DNA of 64,000 nucleotides. Source: Nemertoderma westbladi (lineage: Eukaryota; Animalia; Xenacoelomorpha). The position numbers and the translations under genes are program-made. The stretch lies in NCBI GenBank assembly GCA_032718475.1, contig JAUCBJ010005935.1, forward strand, positions 1 through 64,000. The letters run 5' to 3'. Shown piece by piece: positions 25,301 to 37,300 of this stretch; the first letter of the stretch is position 1; the number at the start of each line of letters is the position of its first letter. The notes beneath the pieces were generated by a model, which saw only the letters and a list, made by a program, of their open reading frames with translations, was not told where the DNA came from and did not search any database.

Positions 25301-28300
25301 AATCGGTCGAGGTTTTGGGATGCCAAATAGACGAATTTGCGAGGAAATAGTCGCACCGTCTCTCAACGTCCCAAGTAAACCAGTGACTCGTCCCATTAGT
25401 CCCATATCGCGAGCAAAGTCACCTGTGCGCAGTTTTCGAGGACGCGGCAGGGCTCGATCAACTAAGCGATAAAAGGGAGGGCAAGGGTGGACGGAAGACT
25501 CGTGAGCCTTTCTTGTGAATTTGTGATTTATTTGAATTTATATTTATATTTGTGTTTATTCCGAACTTATGCAATTTGTATTGTTCCGAATTTATGAAAT
25601 TTAGAAATAAGAACTCATATTTAGTAAGATTTATAGTTAGTAAGAATTTATATTTGCAAGATTTATATTTTGTAAGAATTTATATTTTATATTTGTGATT
25701 ATTCCGAACTTATGCAATTTATATTATTCCGAACTTATGCAATTTATATTGTTCCGAATATTATGCAATTTACATTTTATAGGCAGTATTACAGTGAAAT
25801 AGAAAGTAAGAGTAGATGGAAGACTCGTGGGCCTTTCTTATAGTTTTATTTGTAAAGTGTTATATTTTGTATTTAGAAAGTTTTATAGTCAGAAAGTTTT
25901 GTGCTTAGAAAGACTCATATTTGTAATTATTCCAAACTTATGCAATCTACATTTAGGTACGAAAGTATTTGTAATTACTTGAATTTATGCAATATTTGAG
26001 ATGCAATAGTAGATGGAAGACTCGCGAGCCTTTCTTATCGTTTTCATTTATTTGTATTTATAATTGTTTGAATTTATGCAATATTGAGATGCAATAGATT
26101 TATATTGGTGAATTTAATTTAGATTTATATTGTACTTACTTAGTAAAGCCTTAAATACGTAAAGTTTGAATTTGTAATTATTTTTGTATCGAATCATTAC
26201 GTAGAAAGGAAGTATTATTTGAAATTTAATTTGTAAATATGTAAGTACGCCCTAAGTATTCTATAGTTTGATTGATTATTGGTGAAAACCGTATATTTTA
26301 TGCACGATAATATCCTGTTTTCATGGAGCGGTATAGAATTATATTCCCTAAATGCCGTGGATTTTCAAAATTTTATTTTATTCGAATTAACTTTGTAAAG
26401 ATTGCTTTGAGTTCTCATTCGTATTTGTTCTATCATTTGAACGCCTATTGGTCAAGTGGTTCAGTAGCTCAGTCGGTAGAGCGTTGGAAATTATATGTGT
26501 AGTAGGTATTGAGTTCGAATCCTAGTAAGTGCGAATTATTTTTTGTGCAGAATTTCAACTCATTTAAATTGACCGCTACAAATTAATTGCATTTGTCTGT
26601 ACCAATGAGACTGTAGTTATTTGATTGTAACCAATGTCGTGCAAGTTATACATTAGCTGGACCAATAGCTATCTTTAAAACCTTGTTAGAACCTATAGAA
26701 CAATCGAGAATTTTCTCGATTGATTGCGGCACAAATTTGGTATATAAAGGTGCGATTTGTTCATTAGTTATCTCATTACTCTAACCATATTCGTATCTCT
26801 GAGTTATCTAATATTTGTTTATTCTGTCATTAGTATTCAGATTACATTTTGTATTATTATCTGCAATAAATTCAGAAATACTGCTATCTGCCTTTCTTTT
26901 CACCATGGATTCACTACGGTGAACAAACCTAAGGGACAGGATGGCCGGCTAGAGATCGGGCCGCAGCAATGAACGGGAACATCACAGGAATGTAGACGAG
27001 AGACAACCCGCAATACCATCTTGAGTTATTCGCCCATCGCCTGAAAGGTTAGACAGCGTTCGACGCCTTGCTACCCAAGTGTAAGACCAAAAGATCAAAA
27101 GGTAGAAGTAGTGACACGCTGTGAGCCTAAAATTACATCTTAGGGACTGTACTGTCTTGATTCAGGAAAACCACAGTAGACCTTCATATTCCTACGGGGT
27201 AGAGGGAAAGAGCAGGCAGATACTAGTACGCAGATAGGACGTAGGCACACCGGTACGAAGCATACAAATTGGTACGGTGCAGCAAACTGTACGCCTAACT
27301 CTTGCTAAGTACAGGTGTGTGTGCGACTATTTGTAGTACGACGGTGTCCATTGCATTAGAGCTTGTAGGCTAGGGGTTGCTGTGTTTTTACCTGAATTGG
27401 GATTGTGCCGTTCAGGCGGTAGGGCAGTTTACAGCTAGGCGCAAATAAATTGAGGCTATTAGGGATACTAACATCTACCGTGTCCCCGCCAACGCCCTAA
27501 TAGGAAGTTACCCGGACTACCTGGGTGACTAAAATTCTAGATAGGAGCCAGGATAGCTATTAGTAACTGTACGCCTACAGTAGTAAACTAACACATCTCT
27601 TCTTAGTATCAGGGACCTGGTACCTAAAATTGCCGAATTCTGGGCGTAGCATTAACCTTATGCCTGAATTTGAGTCCTGGAAATACGCAAGAGGGGAAGG
27701 AACCTTATCATTCGTGAGTATTGGACCTACAAGTTGCAAAATTAGAATATTCGTAAAATACACACCGTACCCAGTAATTATATATGTGAAGGAGCAAAAC
27801 TGTTTTTGACCGTTCAGAATTAACACACGCGCGTTAGAAATTATTTACACCTCAAAATATATAAAATTAACTTTGTCCGTACTGTGCTTTGCCCGCTAGT
27901 TAGACATCTCCAAATCTCTGCCTGTACCTAGCTAGCGTCTCTTCGCCCAACCATATAAATCACACCGCGGCAAAGTATACGAGCCCCTTAGTCCGTCAGT
28001 GAGTCAGCCTGATTTTAGGATTCGCTGCGCGGGATTTTGTTTCATCGAAGTTTGTCTGCTCGTAGACTGTTTTCTGCCTCACCGGTTATAAGAGATCGAT
28101 ACTGCAATATATTCGCTTACTTAGAGTTTACTGTTTTGGTGAGAAGGTCGGATTTATGATTTGATTTACAAACTTTACAGTAAGATATTGCAGGTATTGT
28201 TGCCGTCTCTTCGTATAAATTACATAACAAAAAATAATGACAATAATATTTATAATGTAATAATAAAATATATTAATAATGCAGGAACATGTTATCATAA

Positions 28301-31300
28301 AAATATTCAAAGAAATGTTAGAAAAGCTAAAAATGAATCCTTAGAAAAATAGCTCAAATGTTCAAAATACAGGAAATTAGAATTAAAATGAAATACGAAT
28401 TGAAAATAATTAGTTTAAGTCATCAAAAAAATACACCTTCTTTAGCAGCTGATGTGCATGTAAATATTGAACATTCATTGCAATAAACCACATGTGTAAC
28501 AGATTCTGAGTTCGTACACATTTAGCGATTCTGTATAATTTGTTTCAGTCTACACAGCACGGCTAAAAATATTTAATTTATATAAATATCATTGGAGAAA
28601 CAAACCTGCTAGTTGTAGCGTTCAATAACTTCCCAAGGTTCGCCATTCTTCCAAAAACTACATCATCGTACATTGTATCTAATTGGTTGACTAGTATATC
28701 GGTTGACATCTCCATGGCAACAGGGTCCCCGGTAATCACTAAATCAACGAGGTAATCCGAATCCAAAACGAATACCTAAAACAATAAAAATCAATATGCG
28801 ATAAAAGGCAACAGAATAATTATAAATATTATTTAGTAACTAATTTAATAATTTGAATAATGTTTAATTAGATAGGCCTATTCAAAGACTAATATTTCCT
28901 AACTAATATAACTTACCAGTAATTTGCTTGTGGCACGCCTATCCAATGGAATGCCAGGCTTTGACACGGTTACCATAGTTTCGTATGACTGACCAACAGG
29001 CAGCGATTGATTGTAACCAGTTCTGACTACCCCATCCACATCAACAGTAAGGATTGGATCGTTTACAGAGTAGAGTAACAATGCTGACAATCCATCTGGG
29101 TCGTGTGCCGTTAACTGTAATAAGTAAAGTGTATGCTATATTTAACGAAATTGAAGGTCTATGTTGTGTATACATATATGCACATATATGCGATTCTTAA
29201 TATGATTTTCAAAATATACAGTTCCTCCTGCTTATTGTTTTCTAATTGTTTAAACACAATCGTGATTTAGAAAACTATAATATATCCCGACAATATTTAA
29301 CAATATTTACCTGTAATATTGGTGTATTCGGAGGTGATTGGAATAGCTGTGCTCCGATAATGATCGTTTCAGTAAAATACGGAGCTTCATCATTCTCATT
29401 AATCACGTCGATTATTAAGTTAATCTTGTCCCCAAGAAGTCTGCCATTATCATCTTCATACACCGGAATCTGTTAAGGAACCAATCAAGGATAGTAACAA
29501 ATAAGTAGAGAGTTATTGTGTAGAAAATTATAGACCAGCAGAAATCTGTAGCATAATAGGATAGAATAGCAATGTAAACGAAATGAAAAATAAGTTAAAT
29601 TCATATTTATAAACAGCATTGCTTCTTCCAGTCCTGACAAAACCAACACAATAAGAAGATATTTATCCTCCTCATGATTTCTTTGTTACTGTTTATGGTT
29701 TGAAAATGTCACCACTAATATAGCATCACAGCTACTTTCCCGTAATTGATGGCAGCGCCGCCGGTAGATATGAGTAACATGCTTTTCTTTCAGCGGTTGC
29801 TATCACTGACCCATACGATATCATGGTGTGCCCATACAATGTGGTCTTCCTTGCTTTGGATGTGAAGCGATTTCGCAGCACATGTAGTACAATATCAACC
29901 TGTGACATGCCCAGCCAATACGGCGCCGTACATAAATGTGCCGCGAAATGCAATGATGTGTTGTGATATGCGTTACCACGATATAAAATTATTTGCTGTA
30001 GAATGACTTACAATGCGGTACTATACCGCGCGATACAGACTGCATGGGTTCCCTTTCAATGTTTCATACAATGCCGGCGCTGACAAGTTATTAAAATGAT
30101 ATCCATTACATGCTATGCTGCGGCTTATTATGGTCTGCCATTATCTGCTGTGCTATGCCACTGCTACCATGAAAACCAATAAATCACCAAAACACACCAA
30201 GCCAACTCATGTATTGACGTGTGGCACTGTGGAGTGTTATGATGCGCCACTCCATTGTCATGTCATACCCCATGATATTTTGTGATGAGTGTCAACCCGT
30301 AATCTCCAACGCCCTTTGATTCACCAGCCCTACTCTGTCATTCTAGGGCTATGTGGAGCATTGTAAACGTGCAAATTTCTTGACTCGCAGCTACATTATT
30401 AATTACACCGCTACCCCAACCCCACAACATAGCTATGTCACCAATGAATGCAGAACACCGTATAAAAAGCAATTAGTAAGTGGGTTGGGTAGCTATGTCA
30501 TTTCTCAAACATGAGAACCGATTATGTAAAAGACACCAATCAAAAAATAACACAAATTTTTTTAGTTATTATTTTCAGATCGTGGATAAGCAATCGATGT
30601 AAAATTATGTATAAAAATGAAATAGATAGATAGCAAATTTTAGGAATTTTAGGAATCAATATATTATATTTAAATAAATATAAATTATTAATTATCACCA
30701 TGTACATACATCTCTACGACGCCGTCTTCTCTCATTATCGGAGTCGGTGGGCTCCTGAGGAAGGAATATCTGTATGAAGTATTGTTTGCGGCCTTCGTAA
30801 TCGACGCCTCTGACCAAGAAGAACTTGTTTCCGATGATCGCCCAGACACCACCGGCGTCCCCGGACAGTATCTGGATGTCGCCACTTCCCCCAAACACCG
30901 GTAGGTTGGTTCCTTCCAACTGGAAGGGAGGGGTTGCCAGCTCACTCACTGTAGCTTGGCTATATAAATAAAATATATAAATATATTGGTAGATTGTTTG
31001 TTGTAGCTTCTCTATTATACATGTAAAACATTTAAATATGTTTTTAGTTTTATTCACAGTAGGCCAAAAATATATAAAAAAACTCCAGCCAAAATCTATT
31101 TATACGACAAACCAAAGCTCATATTCCTTCCTATCCTATAAAAGCTCCTCCTATTCGATACATTCTACCCGAAGGTAGGGATAGGAGCTACTCTTATACC
31201 TAGTTTACTCCCAGTAATTCAACTGGTCCTCAATTAATCGACCCTCTGGAAGGAAGGCTGAGTAAACCCTGGCGAACCGACAATACAATATAAATACTAA

Positions 31301-34300
31301 CACAAAGTATCCGACAGTTCCAGCCAACAGACGACAGTACTTGTCGCGGTCTGTTATCTTACGATAATCAATAATGGTGGCAGCGGAAGTGAATATGTTA
31401 TTTTGGAAATTATTTCGTATCAACGCAATCTTGGAATCAATCAACCTATAGGATATGAAAAGAAGGAAGTAAAATAATATAACAGATGATAAAAAACAAC
31501 AAACATCATTCTAATTACATAAATATATTGTCGCTCAGAAAAAGCGGAATTTTTAACCGAATATTTATGTTCCTTCAAAAGCATTTCATTTTTCAAACCG
31601 CCCAAATAAACAAATTAAAAATATATTATTATATTTATTAAATTATTATATTCAATATAATATAAATTAATTATGATTATGGTTAGTCTATAGTGCAATA
31701 ATCCCTATAAAATAATTAATTAAATAAATTTATAAAATTTTATATATTAATTAAATAAAATTAATTAATTTCGTTAATAAATAATACACTTACGTCTTTA
31801 TTTGAGCGTCAGATATGAGGGTGTATTGATCATTGTTATTGAAACTGAATACAGCGATAGTTAATGTGGAGGACACCGGTGTCGCATATTGGCAATCAAC
31901 TATGCGAGTTTCTATACGTTCGACGTTCACAATATATCCAGTCCCGAACGCCAACTCCAAAGTTCTGAAAAATAGGAAACATTTCGTTAATATAATATAT
32001 TATATAAAAGGGTTATAAATAGAAACGTTGCGACAATGATATCGTACGATTTAACTTTAATTTGAGATGTAGATATTACGAATAAACCTGGTGTATGCAT
32101 ATAATATATATGATATCCATCATATATATATATAGAGATAAATAATATATGAAGATATATGATTTCTATATAGCATTCCATGATTCTTTATGAAGCACTT
32201 TATAGGTAAGCTTTCTTTATTAGAATGCTCGCTTCGCTCGGCCTGTAAGAAAACTCAATGTTTTAAATTACAGTTCTGTTATACGGCTGGTACTAATCGT
32301 TGTGTTACGAAATATTTAACCAACCTTTCTATTTCGTATCGCTTTTGGTAGGAATCAATAGGAGCGATGTTGGTGTGCATCAGTATACTGGTACTGTCTC
32401 CGCTAATACCGATAACTACCTGCGCCGGTTGACTCTCCTTGCCAGTATCGTCAATGGCAACAGCTTCTAGATTGTTATACACCGTGCCTTCGTCGCTGGT
32501 TTTAAAAGCGATCGCATTTCGAATTAATCCAGTTTCATACATTATATCAAACGGTGCATTTGATGGGTTGTTTAAGTTGTAGAAGATATTTGTTCCGGCC
32601 ACTAAAAACATCATTGATTATATAACGTATAATAGCGTACAATAGATAGATCTAAACCCATAGTACCAATGTTGATTGTTTTTTTTTCATGATTATCCTT
32701 ACTAACTAGGAGAACTAATAAAGTCGCTCGCTATGCTCGTTAATGATTATTATTAGACCTACTATCTATAGGACAGATATTAGACTATTTTATTCCGGAC
32801 GCCACCAGAGAGGCTCTAGTAAAATAGTTAATGATGCTGATCAAATGCATCAATATGCGACAGGGACAGGGACAGTGTCTAGATGTTCAACAAAACTTGT
32901 AACTTGAAGGATAGAAACAGCTGATGTTATAAAGAAATGAGATGGCTAGTGAAAGAAATGGAATTTATTGAATTAGAATAAGAAGGCGGAATATTAGTAA
33001 GACACCCTTAAACATTTTGTAAATTAGTGGTTCATCTATTTTATATAACCTTGAATATTTTATAACATTTTTATTTAGCTATACTTCTTACCTAACGGGT
33101 CTGAGTCAACAGCTGATAGACGTATAACACTACTGAACGCCGGCGACATCGATTGAATTGATCCGACGTAGGGAACATTCGCTGCCGGGAACACTGGAGC
33201 TGCGTCATCTACGTTGGTAACTATGACAACCAATTGAGCGACTTCTCTTACGCCTATTAAACAAATTAATAAAACATATTATTATTAAATGCAATCAAAT
33301 AAAAAATGTATTCTGTTAAATTGGAATGTAATTTTTGTATAAAAATGTAAAATAATATGAGAAATTCAAATGAGAATTAAATAAAGAGATATATTTTCTA
33401 AATTAATTAATTAATCGAACTACTTATTGTAGTTAATTAATTACCTTCACTATCCCGCAACCCTATTGACAACGAATACTCTTTCCCGGTTTCATAGTCC
33501 AAAGACTTTTTCAGAACCACTTGGTTGTTGGTAATATCGAATATATTGAAAGTGTTCCCATTGGTTATCTCGTAAACTGAACCAGCGGGTGGCACCGGTA
33601 GAGTATTTCCGATTGGTGTTTCCGTGGAAACGGATTCGGGTACATGAACCATTCCTCTGAAAATAATTTCAGTTAGTATTTAGGAATTATTGAATTGTGC
33701 AATTTACCTAATTGAAAGTAAATTGAGGTGAATATTACAAAAAATCTTAAATTATACCATAAATTATCATATTAGGTGTCAGAATTTCATTAAATGTTAA
33801 AAGCCAAAAAATGTTATTGAACATGTTAATTGTGAATGTTATTGTAAAGTACTGTACATTAACATAAGCACATGAGCGACACGCCTATTAATTGCAGGTT
33901 TTAACGAGATAGCTTAAATAATATGAAATTATATAAATTTACAGATTTGTATTTTATGGTAATGTTTACGCGGTACAACTCAGGATAACTAACAGGAATA
34001 TGATTCCAGTATCGGTATCTGGAGTTAGACACGGCTGCTTCACAGCGTTCCGGAACAGCGTTATATCCAGCGGCTGTTTCCCAATAACGTTCTCCATCGA
34101 CTGTAACATATTCCCCTTCCATGTCGGCACCCCTACCTGAATCGAAGCGAAAACATCCGCCATATCTGTGGCAAGGGCGCAGGAGGTTGCGGTACATCTC
34201 ACCCCGTGCATCACAATCAGAGCGCTGGAAAATAAGTTGGTTCCTATTAAATCTAAATATATATTAGAGCCTTCGGCTTGCCTGCGGTGTTTCCTGGTTT

Positions 34301-37300
34301 AAGGTCATATTTAACTATCTTTTACTTATTGTGTACATATAAATTATTAAAAGTTAGGTTTTTTAACCAGGTCGGCTTTATCTTGTTAAATAAATTAAAG
34401 CAAACAATTAATATTGAACTATTTTTGAGAGGAAAATATAGTTTAGGGAGTGAAAATAAGACACCACAAAGTCAAAGAGTTAAATAGGTAATATTAAATA
34501 AAGGCCCACAGAGAATGAGAATTGGGTTCTTTCCTTTATATTCTATATTACCTTGAGGCATCTGGTATGTTGCAGTCCTGGTCGTAGACTGGAAGTATCT
34601 GATCGATGGACACTGAGGTCTGCGCGAAGTTCATCTTAAGTATTTCTTCTAGGGCAGATTGATGGTCGACCACATCAGTTGGTGTCGCCCCGGACAACAC
34701 GAACTGGAATCTATCCGAGTCAGTAACCACCAAAATCTATTGGATAAATATAAACACAGTAAACAATCTATAAAGTATCGATGTATAATGTACAAAATGT
34801 ATAATATGGATACAAAATTCTTCCGATATGCTGGTAGCAATGCGGCAGCTTAGCATAGTTGGTGCACCTTAACAGATATAGGGGATAGCAGCAATGCGCG
34901 TCAGTAGTGTAAGACAGCCCATCACTAAGAGAACAGGAAGAAAAATGTGCAAAGTACCAACAGTTTATGGTGAGACATAAATAATGCTTACCCAAACATC
35001 AGCAGTGTCCAACTTCTCCGCCTTTTCATAAAGATCCACATTAAAGTTATACGTCTTTCCAGAATTGTTTTCCAAAGAAGATACTAGATTTATATTACCA
35101 TTTACAGTGTCCAAACTGAAGTCACCGGATAGAGTCGATCCATCAGCTAACTTGTAGCTGACATCGGCATTCGCCAGTGGCACCTAAAACGGTATTAAGT
35201 ACAGGTAGACACATTGAAATTGTCTTTCTAAATCGCAGACATTTTTTTACAACTAATGCTATCCATCGCAACAGCTAACCGAAACCCCATAGAACTCTCC
35301 AATAAATCCTATGAATATTATTAATTAAAGACAAATAAATATAAATTCAATAAAATCTTGTGACGACTTCCACTCAACTAAACGCATCCCTGGATAAAAA
35401 AAAGCTATATGTTATAGGCTATATGGCTATACCAGGATTTCACTTTTCGGTCGACTTTTTATTGGAATTTTATCTATGGAGATTTTTCATTTTTTTTTAA
35501 TTTATCTTTATTAAGTGTTTTATAGCGCTTATTTCTATCTTATAACCTGTACATATACTAATTCGTTTATTGTTTTGGTTAGATTCAGCCTTTCTGTAAC
35601 CTGTTTTTTTTCAACGGAAAGTCTGGTATTCTTCACACATGGGCCGAAGCAAAGCCACATACATGTCTGAAAGCTTAAATCGAATTAAAGCCAAGTCTAT
35701 TGTTCACATATGTACGGTGGCTAAATGTGGCCAATTTAATTAATTTTAAAAATGGGAAATATAAAAAGAAATTAATGAAATATAATTCCTTAAAACAGAA
35801 ATTAATCAAATTTAATTCAGCCAGAAACAGAAATTAATCAAATATAATTCAACCCAAAACAGGAATTAATCAAATATAATTCAACCCAAAACAGGAATTA
35901 ATCAAATATAATTCAAACATTTTGGAGGGAAATTTAAAATACTGTCTCAGTGCAGTGCAGTAAATTGTCGTTTCCTTTTCAGTCTATCAGTGCAGTACTG
36001 CAGTAACGGTTGCCCGTAGCTCTGTAAGCTTAGTTCTGTGGTTAGTTGTTAATCTTTTAATCACTACAGCACTACTGACTACCGATCTACGTAATGATGG
36101 TAGTACAAAATGTCATGATGTCATGGGTGATAGGGAGTTGTGGCGGCGCAATTTTGTCGACAAGCCCGCACAGCATTCTTAAAAATGCAGCTGCAATGCA
36201 GCATGCAGATACTAGTAGTACACCTGCAGTACAGTTCTATATACAACTACTGAACTAACTAATCCTACGGAATTACCGGTCTTTCTGAAGATTGGTAAGG
36301 TAAAGCTGCCGGATTGCCCCGTAGTCAGGTCGTATCGGTCTGTTGGTAGTCAGTAGTGATTAAAAGATTAACAACTAACCACAGAACTAAGCTTACAGAG
36401 CTACGGGCAACCGTTACTGCAGTACTGCACTGATAGACTGAAAAGGAAACGACAATTTGCTGCACTGCACTGAGACAGTATTTTAAATTTCCCTCCAAAA
36501 TGTTTGAATTATATTTGATTAATTCCTGTTTTGGGTTGAATTATATTTGATTAATTCCTGTTTTGGGTTGAATTATATTTTATTAATTTCTGTTTCTGGT
36601 TGAATTATATTTGATTAATTTCTGTTTCTGGTTAATTATATTTGATTAATTCCTGTTTTGGGTTGAATTATATTTGATTAATTTCTGTTTCTGGTTGAAT
36701 TATATTTGATTAATTTCTGTTTTAAGGAATTATATTTCATTAATTTCCTTTTATATTTCCCATTTTAAAATTAATTAAATTGGCCACATTCAGCCACCGT
36801 ACATATGGCTGACAGGTTTATAGAAGTTTCTCACCTGAACGCTGCCAATATTAGTATAGACTGGTGTATTACTAGCGATTCCGAATAGGTATGGAAATAG
36901 CGACTTCGCGAAGTTCGGCGTGTCATTCACAAGAACAACCGTGCCAATAGATCTGGAGAAACCTGGAAAATGCAAGAAAACATTAAAATGAATTAGTTAA
37001 TTACATAATTTGTAATTTTATAAATAATTAGTTAACCAATGGCCTATTGGTTTGGGAAAGCTTATAAATTATTACCTGTATTGGTATCCATGATAAAGTT
37101 GAGAACATAGTTAGAGGCAACATCGTAATCCAATGACTTTATCAAAGTGATTCGACCGGTGCTATCAACATTGAATGTGTCGCTAACAGGCTCAATACGG
37201 TATGAAACTATAGCCGGGTTGGTGGGTAGCTGACCAATTACAGTTCCTGGGGTCTCATTCTCATCAACTGATATCTCGGGAGTCCTGCAATAATGATAAA

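Larger units (their letters stand above)
11139..28217 (+). mobile_element. Full-length BEL/Pao LTR retrotransposon, intronic and antisense to host gene
   Basis: Two near-identical LTRs; TSD AATTA at 11134-11138 and 28218-28222; domain order gag-PR-RT-RNaseH-IN with BEL-type motifs (YVDD, LHCFSDAS, CPGPQNPADIASRG, GIDCFGP, SDQGTNF, GGVWERLI). Confidence 0.97.

Noticed and set aside
24000-25472. env gene
   Set aside because: No signal peptide, fusion peptide or TM segment seen; zinc knuckles instead.
26458-26532. Functional tRNA gene or tRNA primer for the element
   Set aside because: Acceptor stem does not pair and its 3' end is not complementary to the PBS.
28437-28530. Extra host exon
   Set aside because: Exon ending at 28606 already joins 7368 in phase and matches the sister module; this one would break the phase.
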